A program made the translations under genes and the position numbers. From a virus, in the IMG/VR virus record IMGVR_UViG_3300024950_000032, positions 2,715 to 66,714 of that record: 64,000 nucleotides of DNA; one strand, 5' to 3'. The notes below the pieces were generated by a model. The model was not told where the DNA came from and ran no database searches. It saw only the letters and a list, made by a program, of their open reading frames with translations. This document shows, piece after piece, positions 29,787 to 39,307 of this stretch (the stretch's first letter is position 1; each line of letters starts with the position of its first letter).

Positions 29787-30365
29787 TCAAACGCGGAGGT
29801 ATGCCGTGCCGCTGGCCGGATCGAAGGCGAAGTCGCCGTTGAACTTGGGGAGGGAGGCGTCGTCCTGGCTCATGGAGCCGGCGAACTCGTGGCCGTAGCG
29901 ATCGATCAGGCGGATCAGCTGGTCCACGCTGAGCACCAGGACTTCGCTGCGACTGGGGGCCGGAGCCGTGTAGAGGGCCTCGTAGGCATCCAGTGCAGCA
30001 CCGGGCGGCGCAACTTCGGTGTGCTTGTTGGGGATCGACGCAGCGGAGACGTAGGCCAGCTCAGGCCTTTCACCGATGAGCTGCTCTTCAGCGACACGGG
30101 CGCCGACGTAGCCGGTGAAGTGACCATCCGAGTCCAGCTCGATGTAGTCACGCGCCTCCACTGACACGCGTTCACCATCGACCTTGGCGACGCGGACGTA
30201 GCCATAGTTCACGTCGTGGGGCGACTCGATGTTGACGCTCAACGCGATGTTGGTATCGAGGGCGGCGTCGTTGCGGACACCACGCCAGACAGCCGACTTG
30301 TCGTAGCTGTTACCGTGCAGCAACTGACTGATCTGATGGCTGGCGAGCTTGAGAAGAATGGTCAT
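29787..30365 (-). CDS. hypothetical protein
   Basis: 192 aa, AGGAG RBS. Confidence 0.7.
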   Translation of the reverse strand: MTILLKLASHQISQLLHGNSYDKSAVWRGVRNDAALDTNIALSVNIESPHDVNYGYVRVAKVDGERVSVEARDYIELDSDGHFTGYVGARVAEEQLIGERPELAYVSAASIPNKHTEVAPPGAALDAYEALYTAPAPSRSEVLVLSVDQLIRLIDRYGHEFAGSMSQDDASLPKFNGDFAFDPASGTAYLRV

Positions 30366-30444
30366 GGTGTTCTCCTGTGTGGAGGGAATGGAGCAAGCTG
30401 GGCGACCAACCCAGCAAGCACGGAATTACAGAAGTGACAATCCG

Positions 30445-30699
30445 CTACTCGAATACCGGGCGACCGCTCATCGCGTTGATCACCCAGATAGGCGGGACCG
30501 CAGGGCTCAGTGCTGCCGGGTCAGTGGGGTGCGGGTACATGGCGTTGATCGCGGCCATCGCACCGGAGGCGTACTCGATCTCAGCCTTCTTGTAGCCCAG
30601 CGACTTGGGGTTCATCCCCTGTCGCGCTGCGCGGCTCTTCCAGCTGTCGGTCACTGCGTCCTGCAGAGCCTTGCGGCCTTCCTGCGTGTTCATGTCCAT
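30445..30699 (-). CDS. hypothetical protein
   Basis: 84 aa, AAGGA RBS. Confidence 0.7.
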   Translation of the reverse strand: MDMNTQEGRKALQDAVTDSWKSRAARQGMNPKSLGYKKAEIEYASGAMAAINAMYPHPTDPAALSPAVPPIWVINAMSGRPVFE

Positions 30700-30723
30700 G
30701 ATGGTTCCTTTCGTGTGAAAGTG

Positions 30724-31152
30724 TCAGAAGCAGGGCCAGAACTCGCGGAACGACTGCTCCAGCTTGCGCTTGTTGCTCGAATCTGCCCGGGTCCAGGCTT
30801 CAGCCATGGCCGAAGCGAAGTGGCCACGATCAAGCAGGCTGCGCGTCTGGGCGCAACGCTCGTCGGTATCGAGCCGGTGCATCTCGGTCAAAGCCTCAGC
30901 CTCGGTGCTGAACTGGCGCACCAGCAGGCTCTCGGCCTCACTCAGGCTGAAGTAGGCGCCGTAGTCATAGGCGTGCATCAACGCCGCTTGCAGATCGCGG
31001 CGCATGAGCCCCGGTTCAATCACGCACCTGCCCTCGATGTTGCGGGCCAGGTCGCGGATGATTGCGGTGCCGGTGTCCGAGTCGTAGAAGGACACGATGG
31101 GCTGCTGGGCCTCGGAGTACCAGCGGCCGGTGTTGAAGACGAAGAGCTTCAT
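30724..31152 (-). CDS. hypothetical protein
   Basis: FNTGRWY...Q.I N-domain and G.FASAMAEAW.RADSSN C-domain, both phage-typical. Confidence 0.7.
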   Translation of the reverse strand: MKLFVFNTGRWYSEAQQPIVSFYDSDTGTAIIRDLARNIEGRCVIEPGLMRRDLQAALMHAYDYGAYFSLSEAESLLVRQFSTEAEALTEMHRLDTDERCAQTRSLLDRGHFASAMAEAWTRADSSNKRKLEQSFREFWPCF

Positions 31153-31640
31153 TGCGTCACCCCCACCATGTAATCCATGCGGCCATACTCGTACCAGTTG
31201 GCGACGTCAGGCCAGTGGGCAGCGTCCAGGTTCGTGGTGAACCCGAGCCGGGCCTCACGGGCGCCGAGACCATAGGCCGACAGGATCGCAACCTGGTAGT
31301 CGGTGCCCAGTGCCGCAACTTCCAGGGTCTCGTCCACCTTGATGTCAGCGTCAGACGGGCTGTCGGCGTCTAGGTAGAGGTTGACCTCGATCTTGTCGGG
31401 GCGTGGGCGCAGCTCGACGTCCACCGGGATGCCCATCATCCGGCGCATGTCTTTGAGCGCGTCGATCAGGAGGTGGCCTTCTTCCTTGTTGATGCTGATG
31501 CGCCACTTGTCATCGCCCAGGGGCTCGGCGTAGACGCTGTGACCCAGCGACACCATCAGGTAGGCGACCACGTTGGCCGCGAAGTTGTTGCCGTACACAG
31601 TTTTGGTCAGCACCGGCGTTTGGGGAGAGATCATCAGCAT
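31149..31640 (-). CDS. hypothetical protein
   Basis: Start MLMISPQ after GGAGG. Confidence 0.6.
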   Translation of the reverse strand: MLMISPQTPVLTKTVYGNNFAANVVAYLMVSLGHSVYAEPLGDDKWRISINKEEGHLLIDALKDMRRMMGIPVDVELRPRPDKIEVNLYLDADSPSDADIKVDETLEVAALGTDYQVAILSAYGLGAREARLGFTTNLDAAHWPDVANWYEYGRMDYMVGVTQ

Positions 31641-31641
31641 T

Positions 31642-31773
31642 TCAGCCTCCGAAGGTTTTGGGACAGTTGAAGCAGCGGTAGACGGGCCGGGAGCCCGACT
31701 GGCTGGTGCGATAGCCAGCACCGCCGCAGTCGGGGCAGGTGTTGGTGTATTTGGGCTTGGATTCGGTGGTCAT
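31642..31773 (-). CDS. 43-aa Zn-ribbon protein
   Basis: Read manually: MTTESKPKYTNTCPDCGG...YRCFNCPKTFGG; ATGA overlap, GAGG RBS. Confidence 0.65.
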   Translation of the reverse strand: MTTESKPKYTNTCPDCGGAGYRTSQSGSRPVYRCFNCPKTFGG

Positions 31774-32765
31774 GCAGACACCTCGTTAGCCTGTTGCATC
31801 CAAATCTCGGTGAGCTTGGTCTTAAGCCCGCTCACACCACCCGGCAAGCGGATCAGCTTGCTGCCGGCCGCCACCACGATGTCACGCAGACCATGGTTGA
31901 TGAAGGCCACCATGGCGATGACGTGATCGTGGTTGGTCAGGGCCTTGAGGAAGCCCTTGGTCTTGGACTCCTCGGACGTGTAGAAACGCAGTTCCAGCTC
32001 GGTGCCGAACTCCTTCTGGATCAGCGCCGCCTGAGTCGAGACCAAGCCGACGATGCACACCTTCGTGCGGTTGGGCTTGGCTGCCGGCTTCGTCTCGGGG
32101 TTGTGCTTGGCACGCTCGGCAGTTGCCAGCCCTGCGACCATCTTGTCGAAGCCACCCGGCTCGATCTTGGGTTGCGGCAGGCCAGGCGGCACGGGCGGCT
32201 TCACAGCCGGCGCCGGGGCGTTGACGTTGGGCCTCAGATCCTGGTCGACCTTGGAAGCCGGCGCATAGGTCGGCGCCAGGCGGGCATTGACGACCAGGTT
32301 GTGCAGGCTGTCCAGTCGGGCGTCCAGGTTGGTGCCCATCTTCTCGACGGCTCGCAACAGGGCGACGTTCTGGTCCTTCAGCGCCTGCAGTTGAGGTCCA
32401 AGCCAGTCCTGCCCGTCGATCTGCTGGTCAAACAGGAGGGTCAGCTGACGCTGCTGGGACTCGATCATCGCCGTGATGGGGCTCAGGTCCACAGCAGCCG
32501 GCGCTGCCTTGGCCGCACTCTTGACCTCGGCAGCCTTAACTTCAGCGGCCTTGGCAGCCAGCTCGGCCTCGGCCCGCTGGTAGGCCTCGATCGCCGCCAC
32601 CGCCTCGGCCTGGTTGTAGAAGCGGGCAGAGCCCTTGCCCTGGGGCACCTCGGCCGCAACCTTGACGCCGGCATCCTCCAGGACCTGGAGGAGTTTCTTG
32701 TGGTGGATCTTGCTCTGAGCAAGCAGGTTCGAGAAGCTAATGAGCTTCATGGGTGTCTTCGACAT
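31770..32765 (-). CDS. coiled-coil protein with C-terminal DUF2325-like Rossmannoid domain
   Basis: KVCIVG...DHVIAMVAFINH...GGVSGL. Confidence 0.7.
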   Translation of the reverse strand: MSKTPMKLISFSNLLAQSKIHHKKLLQVLEDAGVKVAAEVPQGKGSARFYNQAEAVAAIEAYQRAEAELAAKAAEVKAAEVKSAAKAAPAAVDLSPITAMIESQQRQLTLLFDQQIDGQDWLGPQLQALKDQNVALLRAVEKMGTNLDARLDSLHNLVVNARLAPTYAPASKVDQDLRPNVNAPAPAVKPPVPPGLPQPKIEPGGFDKMVAGLATAERAKHNPETKPAAKPNRTKVCIVGLVSTQAALIQKEFGTELELRFYTSEESKTKGFLKALTNHDHVIAMVAFINHGLRDIVVAAGSKLIRLPGGVSGLKTKLTEIWMQQANEVSA

Positions 32766-32774
32766 GGTTTTCTC

Positions 32775-33047
32775 CTAGCAGTCGCGGCGGATATGGGCGA
32801 TGCCCAGGAACACGCCGTCCCTGGGGTCGCGTTGGGGGTGAACAAACAGCGACGTGCGGGTGCAGAACAGAGTTCCTGGCCCTCTGCACTCGTATCGGTT
32901 GTCCAGGTCGAACAAGCTGTGGGCGATCTCCTGCAGCTTGCGAGGGCTAGCACCTTCGGGCATTTCGCGTTCGGTCAGCGACACCAGGTAGTAGGCGTCC
33001 CAGCCCTCGATGCCGAGGTCCAGCTTGCCGATGTGCTCGTGCTTCAC
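32775..33047 (-). CDS. hypothetical protein
   Basis: 90 aa, GGAG RBS. Confidence 0.6.
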   Translation of the reverse strand: MKHEHIGKLDLGIEGWDAYYLVSLTEREMPEGASPRKLQEIAHSLFDLDNRYECRGPGTLFCTRTSLFVHPQRDPRDGVFLGIAHIRRDC

Positions 33048-33048
33048 G

Positions 33049-33468
33049 TCAGTGCTCCGTGATGAGGGTGAGGATCAGCCGGACCACGTTGCCCTGGCTG
33101 TCCCAGTCGAAGGCGCCCAGCTCGAACGGCGTCCAGTCACCCTCAGGGAAAGACGTGAGGTCGATGTGCTTGGACCAGTAGGGCGGGCACTCATCGGAGG
33201 TGGTCACGTTGACCACGGCCTTGCCGTCCTTCGACACCACGCTGACCAGGGTCGTGCCCACGAGGCCGGCGTTGATGTCGGTGGTGAGCTTGCGGCTGAT
33301 CTCGGAGGCGAGCAGATCCACCAGCCAGTAGCAGTCCGCTGCATCACAGGCGTCACGGGCGCCGTCGCTGATCAGGAAGCGGGGGAACAGCGGCGAATAG
33401 CGGATGGCGCTGTTCATGCCGTTGCGGGATTCATCCAGCACGCGCTGGAGTGCGTCTTGTGTGGTCAT
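33049..33468 (-). CDS. DUF6876-like protein
   Basis: SDGA...ADCYWLVDLLAS...IDLTSFP; AAGGAG RBS. Confidence 0.7.
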   Translation of the reverse strand: MTTQDALQRVLDESRNGMNSAIRYSPLFPRFLISDGARDACDAADCYWLVDLLASEISRKLTTDINAGLVGTTLVSVVSKDGKAVVNVTTSDECPPYWSKHIDLTSFPEGDWTPFELGAFDWDSQGNVVRLILTLITEH

Positions 33469-33492
33469 GTGGGTTCTCCTTGTGCGAAAGCG

Positions 33493-33936
33493 TCAATCCG
33501 TGGAGCAGCTCGACGAGCTGGTGTCGGACGAGCTGGTGTCGCAGCTCGCAGGCGAGGGCGCCGGCGCTGCCCAGCTGTCCGTGGCGCCGCCACCACCGAA
33601 GTCGCCGCCACCACCGGCGCTGAAGCGCTCGGGCTCGGGCGTCGGCGGCGAACTCACGTACATCGGGATGTAGGCATCGGTGCTGATCGGGTACGGGTCC
33701 GAAACCGTGTGGCGGGCCGGCTCGGAGTGGCTCACCGAGGTGCGAGGCGACGTCGGATTGCGAGCCGGAGGCACCTGACCCAGGAACACCGCGTGAGGCG
33801 GGCAGGGCGGCAGCGGGCGCTTCGGTGTCGATCGACGCGGGATGCGATTGTCAGGGGGCGAAGCGAAGAACTGGTCCATCGTCATCACCTTCTTCGGCTT
33901 CAGCAAGCCGAGGCGTTCGAGGAACTTGCGGATCAT
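33493..33936 (-). CDS. hypothetical protein with Gly/Ser low-complexity tail
   Basis: Start MIRKFLE; FSAGGGGDFGGGGATDSW...SSSSCSTD. Confidence 0.65.
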   Translation of the reverse strand: MIRKFLERLGLLKPKKVMTMDQFFASPPDNRIPRRSTPKRPLPPCPPHAVFLGQVPPARNPTSPRTSVSHSEPARHTVSDPYPISTDAYIPMYVSSPPTPEPERFSAGGGGDFGGGGATDSWAAPAPSPASCDTSSSDTSSSSCSTD

Positions 33937-34340
33937 TTGGCGGCGTCCTTGCAGAGGTTGATGAAGTTGGTGATGGCCTCGACACGCTTGGCGTGGAATC
34001 TGGTGTTCGTAGAGTTCCACCACTGAGGCCGACGCACGTTGACGATGCACGACCTGGAGTACTGATTCATGTAAAGCTCGATCAGCTCTTTGCGCATGTT
34101 GTGGGTGGCAAACCAGGCTTCAGCTGTGCAGGCACCAGCCAGGTAACGCATGCGGGCCTTGAGCGCCTGAGCAACTGCAGTGCAGGAGTGAGTCTCACCC
34201 TGGTTGGCCCAGCCACGATTCAGCAGCGTGATGGCATCGTCGTACACGTTCAGATCCGGCGTGGCCCTCAGCGTCTTGAACAGGTCGACCAGGCGGTCGT
34301 AGTCCTTGCGCTCTTCAGTACTCAATTTCAATTTCGACAT
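33933..34340 (-). CDS. hypothetical protein
   Basis: 135 aa, AAGGA RBS. Confidence 0.65.
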   Translation of the reverse strand: MSKLKLSTEERKDYDRLVDLFKTLRATPDLNVYDDAITLLNRGWANQGETHSCTAVAQALKARMRYLAGACTAEAWFATHNMRKELIELYMNQYSRSCIVNVRRPQWWNSTNTRFHAKRVEAITNFINLCKDAAK

Positions 34341-34343
34341 GTG

Positions 34344-34685
34344 TTATTCCTTGAACTCAGTTGGGACGATGATGCCGATGGACTCCATCAGCTCCCATGC
34401 CTGCTTGGGCAGGGACATGACGCCGTCGTAGTCGGACAGCGCGACCTGGTAGCCGCGACCGTTGAACCACTCGATCAGCGGCAGCTCGGGCTTGGCCTCG
34501 AACCAGAGGCCGATCTCCTCGCACTCTTCCAGCGAAGGGATGTCCCACTCGATGAAGCCCCGGTAGTGATCGGCGGCCATGTGCAGCACCATCGAGGACT
34601 GGTGCAGCCCGCCGATCTCGGACCCGCCCCAGCTGCCGTGACGGGTCAACGGGGACGTGAAATCGATGCGCTTGACTTCAATCAT
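34344..34685 (-). CDS. hypothetical protein
   Basis: Start MIEVKR after GGAGG; IGLWF...LSDYDGVMSLP. Confidence 0.65.
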   Translation of the reverse strand: MIEVKRIDFTSPLTRHGSWGGSEIGGLHQSSMVLHMAADHYRGFIEWDIPSLEECEEIGLWFEAKPELPLIEWFNGRGYQVALSDYDGVMSLPKQAWELMESIGIIVPTEFKE

Positions 34686-34971
34686 TCGGCACCTCCGCAG
34701 GAGAAAGAGAGGAACCACCGGCAGGTGGGGTTGAGTCGTCGTTTGCATGGGGGACGCCCTCGTTGATGGCAGCCTCGATGCGATCAAGCGCAGCGAAGCT
34801 GATGGTGGAATCGACAAACTCAGCCACGGAGGTGCCCTCGACCTTGCGGAACACGTAGGCCTTGGGCTGCCGACCCTTCGGGGTGAGCCACACGGTTATG
34901 GCGTCCTTTATGACAGTTATGTCAAGTTGCAGTTCGAGGTCAACCTCATGGTTGAGTTTGAGTTCCATCAC
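34678..34971 (-). CDS. hypothetical protein
   Basis: 97 aa, packed between neighbours. Confidence 0.55.
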   Translation of the reverse strand: MMELKLNHEVDLELQLDITVIKDAITVWLTPKGRQPKAYVFRKVEGTSVAEFVDSTISFAALDRIEAAINEGVPHANDDSTPPAGGSSLSPAEVPND

Positions 34972-34978
34972 TGGCCCC

Positions 34979-36403
34979 TTACTTTGCTTCGGTGGCTTCG
35001 GCGACCTTGGCAGGAGCCTTGGGGACCACCTGGCTGTCCAGGTAGGCCACCAGCTTGTCGATGCCGGCCTGGCGCTCGGCGATCTCGGTCAGCAGCATCA
35101 GAGGCTTGGTCTTGATAGCCTCCAGCTTCTCGATGGCGGCCTCCTGTTGAGCGATCAGGTCGTAGATCGCGGCCATCTGCATGGCCTCGATCTTCTGGCC
35201 GTTGATGAGGGTTTGGGTGGTGACGTTGATGATGGTGGTCATGATGTTTTCCTTGGGGGTCAATTGAGCGGATTGCTCGGTGGTGGTGAAAGTGGTGGAC
35301 TCGTTGGAGTCCGGTTGGGTGGGTGCGATAGAGACGATGTCCCAATCGCGGTTGTAGTAGCTGCTTCCATCCTTGTTGTGATGGACGCAGCCGATGGTGG
35401 ACCTGGAAGTCTTGGTCCAGGTGATGAACCCGCCAGGCGGCGGATTGCCCTGCACGTACCCGAGCAGCCCGTTGTACGGACCCTTGACCACCGTCGTGCC
35501 GTTCCTGCAGATGAAGGCAGTACCGTCAGGGAGAGCGAGGTAGTCAGGTTCGGGAGGCGCGCAGGTGACGCGATGGCCGACGAGGGTATACGGAGGTGAT
35601 GAGGCGTGGACTCCGTATCGTTCCCAGGATTCCCAGCCATCCGCTCGACCCCCGAACACAGGTTTGGACTCACTGGCCCTACCGTGCCCGGTGAAGGACT
35701 GTTTGCCCTTGATGTACTCGTTACCGTTGGCGCAGATCAACACCGCACCATCCGGGAGGGTGGTGTAGTCGAAGGGCTGCTTGTCGATGGTGGCCGGCAG
35801 TCGGTACGCAACGAGTCTCTTGCCTGCGTGGCTAGAGCAGGCACCGTCCGTGGCCCAGGTGCGCCAGCTGAAGCCTGATGGCGTCAACTTGCTCTCACGC
35901 CAACCCGTGACGGGGCGCCCCTTTTCTGGTCTGGGCGTTTGGTGTTCGAGTTCCGGGTGGATGCCCTTCATGTACTCCGTACCGTCCGAGCAAACCAACA
36001 CAGTGCCATCAGGCAGCAGGCTGTAGTCGACAACTTCCGTCTTCACAGGGGTCGACTTCACTTCCCAAGGTGGGTTGTCGTCCGTCTCGTTCATGAAGTC
36101 GCGGGTCTTGTCACGCGCTGTGCTGTGCGTGTCGCCACCGCAGTCCCGCGCCGATTCGTACCGTGCATCGAAGTAGCGGCGCAGCTGTTCAAGGTCGCAA
36201 TCCGTGCTGGGTTGGTACAGAGGGCACCTCAAGACGCGCAGGTACTTGCAGATGACGAGGCGTGCGTCCCCCGGGCTTCCTCGGTGGAGGTTCGCGGGGT
36301 CGGTGTACTCCTTGTAGAACGCGCCATCGTTCTCCAGGGTTAGGGCCGCATCCTGCATCAGCGATGCTTTGGCGCGGGACTTGTAGCCGGGTGGTCCGGT
36401 CAT
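34979..36403 (-). CDS. protein with three tandem DY..LPDG domains and an in-frame internal start at 35241
   Basis: Three repeats; AAGGA RBS before internal MTTIINV. Confidence 0.75.
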   Translation of the reverse strand: MTGPPGYKSRAKASLMQDAALTLENDGAFYKEYTDPANLHRGSPGDARLVICKYLRVLRCPLYQPSTDCDLEQLRRYFDARYESARDCGGDTHSTARDKTRDFMNETDDNPPWEVKSTPVKTEVVDYSLLPDGTVLVCSDGTEYMKGIHPELEHQTPRPEKGRPVTGWRESKLTPSGFSWRTWATDGACSSHAGKRLVAYRLPATIDKQPFDYTTLPDGAVLICANGNEYIKGKQSFTGHGRASESKPVFGGRADGWESWERYGVHASSPPYTLVGHRVTCAPPEPDYLALPDGTAFICRNGTTVVKGPYNGLLGYVQGNPPPGGFITWTKTSRSTIGCVHHNKDGSSYYNRDWDIVSIAPTQPDSNESTTFTTTEQSAQLTPKENIMTTIINVTTQTLINGQKIEAMQMAAIYDLIAQQEAAIEKLEAIKTKPLMLLTEIAERQAGIDKLVAYLDSQVVPKAPAKVAEATEAK

Positions 36404-36418
36404 GGTGGGTCTCCTTGG

Positions 36419-36766
36419 TTAGAGAAGTTGGGGGAAGTGTTGGGCCACGAACTCCTTGACGTAGTAGTCGCGGATGAACTCACCTAGGTCGTCGTGCTCT
36501 GCCACGTGCTTGGCCAGGCCGAACGACACCAGCGCGTTCACGTAAATCTCGCGGGCGTTTTCCATCCCGTCGTGGTCAGCCAGCAGCGCGGAGAAACTGC
36601 CGCCCTGGTACGGGCTGGAGAAACCCATGCGCATCAGCTGCACGCTGGTGGCCTCGCGCCGGCGCTGGTTGCTCGGGCGTTCCTGCAGCCAGCCGTCCTT
36701 GTTCCAGTCGTTCTCAAGTGCCTGGTGGGCGAAGCAAATGTCGAAGCGGTCGAACGTGGCCATCAC
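36419..36766 (-). CDS. hypothetical protein
   Basis: FDRFDIC...ENAREIY phage-typical motif. Confidence 0.7.
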   Translation of the reverse strand: MMATFDRFDICFAHQALENDWNKDGWLQERPSNQRRREATSVQLMRMGFSSPYQGGSFSALLADHDGMENAREIYVNALVSFGLAKHVAEHDDLGEFIRDYYVKEFVAQHFPQLL

Positions 36767-36975
36767 AGCAGCTCGCTTTCCCAGGCAAATAGTTCCGCGC
36801 CGTCACTGCAGCGCACGACGTACATCTGCTCGCAGTCCTGCTCGGGTCCGTCCGCTTCCGCTTCAGTGCAGGGCCGAACAATCGTCACGTTCTGCCCGGC
36901 GCGTTTGGTGTAGTCGGGCAGCGTGACGAATTCGGAGGGGTACGCGAATACCTTGGATAGTCCGGTGGCGATCAT
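36763..36975 (-). CDS. small hypothetical protein
   Basis: Start MIATG after GGAGGAG; MYVVRCSDG...AWESEL. Confidence 0.65.
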   Translation of the reverse strand: MIATGLSKVFAYPSEFVTLPDYTKRAGQNVTIVRPCTEAEADGPEQDCEQMYVVRCSDGAELFAWESELL

Positions 36976-37397
36976 GTCAGCAGCTCCTCCGGCACATCCA
37001 CCTCGTCGCCCAACTTGCTGGCGACGTAGCAGCGCATCGCCGCGATCAGAGCGGTGGGACCATCGACGTTGATGGCATAGACACCGCTGTCGGTCTTGCG
37101 GTTGTGAACGCCACACCACAGCTCGGCGGCCGATGGGTCAAGCTGATTCCACTTGAATAGGTTGTGGATCTCGCGGTCGATGATCGGCCCGCCAGCCTCC
37201 CACTTGCTCGAAAACAGCAGGTCGGGTCCGGTCATGTAGCGGCCATTCAACTGGCCGTCGTCATCACGCAGCCGGCGAAACAGCGACGTGTAGCGCCCCA
37301 TGCAGCTGATGTAAATGTCTTCCGGCTTCATGCCGTTGGCCATGCACACCGCCCAATCCAGCGCGGCGCCGGTGAGGGTGCTGGTTTTGACTTTCAT
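36972..37397 (-). CDS. NinX/DUF2591-family phage protein
   Basis: KTSTLTGAALDWAV...W..GGPIIDRE...GPTALIAAMRCYVASKLGDEVDVP. Confidence 0.9.
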   Translation of the reverse strand: MKVKTSTLTGAALDWAVCMANGMKPEDIYISCMGRYTSLFRRLRDDDGQLNGRYMTGPDLLFSSKWEAGGPIIDREIHNLFKWNQLDPSAAELWCGVHNRKTDSGVYAINVDGPTALIAAMRCYVASKLGDEVDVPEELLT

Positions 37398-37406
37398 GTC
37401 GGTCTC

Positions 37407-37781
37407 CTACAGCCCGAGGAGCTTGCGCTCATCAGGGGTCAGCTTGTCGAGCGCCGCCTGGCGCTGGGCCTTACGGGTCTCGTCGGCCTCGCGCCGCGCA
37501 TCGTTCGCCTGGTGGGCTTCGAGCCAATCGGCCAGCTTGCGTGCCTTGGGGTTGCGACCGTCGTAGACGATGGTGTTCAGCTGCTCGGGACTCATACGGA
37601 AGCAGATGCTGCACAGCTCTGCGGTGTGATCCACCGAGCAATAGCTGTTTTCAGCGTCGGCCATCAGGTTGACCCTGGCGTGATGGCCAAGGGTCAACAG
37701 CACATACTGCAGGCACTGTGCGGTGAGTTGGTTGTAGCTCTCACGCGGTGTGGGCTCCAGGTAATCGGAATTGCAAGGCAT
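37407..37781 (-). CDS. hypothetical protein
   Basis: MPCNSDY...WLEAHQAND...ALDKLTPDERKLLGL. Confidence 0.75.
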   Translation of the reverse strand: MPCNSDYLEPTPRESYNQLTAQCLQYVLLTLGHHARVNLMADAENSYCSVDHTAELCSICFRMSPEQLNTIVYDGRNPKARKLADWLEAHQANDARREADETRKAQRQAALDKLTPDERKLLGL

Positions 37782-37810
37782 GTGGTTTCTCCTTGTGTGA
37801 AAGTGACAAA

Positions 37811-38248
37811 TCAGGCGCCGGCCTTGTGGATGGCCTTGTCGTACAGCGCCAGCGCTTCGTCACGCGTCGGGGCCGGGTCACGCTTGCTGGCCTGGAACAC
37901 ACGGCACGTGTAGAAGCAGCCGCTGCCGTTGGACTCTGTGCGGCGATCAAGTGGGCACAGCCGCTCGCCACCATCAAGCGGCGACATGCGACCCTCCTTC
38001 TCGAAGTCGACCGGGAAGATGTGGTCCTGTGCATCGGGCCACGTCTCCTTGTCTTCCTGGCAGAAGCCCCAGGTGCAGCCCATGTCCTTGTTGCCGGGGG
38101 CGTCATCGTCGAAGGCTTCCAACGGCTTGCCGTTTGCGATCAGGCCCCGAATTCGCTTGAGTGCTTCGACGTAGCGATGCTCTGGCAGTTCGTCCAGCAC
38201 ATTGATGCGGATCTCCGAGCTGGCCCCGGGCTTGGTCTTGTAGGTCAT
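37811..38248 (-). CDS. Cys-rich hypothetical protein
   Basis: Start MTYKTK; CTWGFC, CPLD, GCFYTC. Confidence 0.65.
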   Translation of the reverse strand: MTYKTKPGASSEIRINVLDELPEHRYVEALKRIRGLIANGKPLEAFDDDAPGNKDMGCTWGFCQEDKETWPDAQDHIFPVDFEKEGRMSPLDGGERLCPLDRRTESNGSGCFYTCRVFQASKRDPAPTRDEALALYDKAIHKAGA

Positions 38249-38691
38249 GCATACCCCTTGAGGTCGCACAGGCCGATGTAGTTGGCCAGGTTGGCGCCCA
38301 CCACTGCTGTGCCGTAGTCCTCGGACTTGACCAGCATCCAGCCGTTCAGCACGTACAGAATGTGACCATCGGAGCCCCAGTCCTCCCAGTACTCCATCAG
38401 GTAGTGGGAGTAGATATGGCGACCGTAGGACGCGGCAGCCTTGTCCGTGAGCTTGGGCATCAGCAAAGCCATATCGCTGGGCTTCAACGGGTAGCACCGC
38501 GCCTGACCCGGCGTCATCACCTCACCCGGTCGGGTGATAACTGCTTCGATCGGCACCCAGTAGGCGAACTGCGGCGCGTGGCCGGTGATGATGCGGATCA
38601 GCGCATCGATCTCAGCCTTGGGCCGATCGGAAGTGCCGGCGCTCAGGCTCCTGCGGCCCCAGAACATCTCGGGCTTGTAGGGATTGGTCAT
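38245..38691 (-). CDS. hypothetical protein
   Basis: Start MTNPYK, coupled. Confidence 0.6.
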   Translation of the reverse strand: MTNPYKPEMFWGRRSLSAGTSDRPKAEIDALIRIITGHAPQFAYWVPIEAVITRPGEVMTPGQARCYPLKPSDMALLMPKLTDKAAASYGRHIYSHYLMEYWEDWGSDGHILYVLNGWMLVKSEDYGTAVVGANLANYIGLCDLKGYA

Positions 38692-38906
38692 GCCAGCACC
38701 ACCAGTCGAGTGGCAGCCTCGCGCAGCTTGGCGTTGCAGCAGGGGACGTCGTGAATCCAGGCGCTCACAGCGCGCAGGATCAGCGCCGGCTTCAGGATGA
38801 GGGCGACGCCCTTGAAGAGGCGGCGCAGCGAGGCCGCGTTCATCACCTCCATGAGGGCCAGGCGAGGCTCGGGCTCGCATTCCCAGAACCAGATTGCGGG
38901 GTCCAT
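38688..38906 (-). CDS. hypothetical protein
   Basis: AAGGAG RBS; first gene after promoter and hairpin. Confidence 0.6.
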   Translation of the reverse strand: MDPAIWFWECEPEPRLALMEVMNAASLRRLFKGVALILKPALILRAVSAWIHDVPCCNAKLREAATRLVVLA

Positions 38907-38997
38907 GTGATTTCTCCTTTTGTGAGTCCGTCAAACGACAGAGGCAAGCGGTGGAAACTCAGTTCCACGGCTTGCCTCTGGTGTCAGAGGGTGGCGC

Positions 38998-39026
38998 AGT
39001 GTATGCGCACTTTACGAAAATGTCAC
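38998..39026 (-). promoter_or_regulatory. sigma70-like promoter followed by a long leader hairpin (38937-38985)
   Basis: GTGACA-17-TACACT then GCGCCACCCTC. Confidence 0.6.
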
Positions 39027-39307
39027 TACATCGGCGAATCAAGCCACAGGGCCACCAACAGCAGCACAATGCCGACCAGCATCAGAACGTGGGATACCTC
39101 AACACTCATGCGGTCAGCCTGTAGTCCTTGTCGTAGGGGACGCCCCCGGGATACCTGGCCTTCAGCGCCATCATGTAGACGCTGACAAACACCTGGCCCT
39201 CAGGGCTGCTCGGCACAACACCAAGCTCCTGGGCGGCGCCATGCGCACCGGGGAACACCACGCCGACGTGCAATTCGTCGACTGCTTCAATTGCAGCCTC
39301 GACCAGA

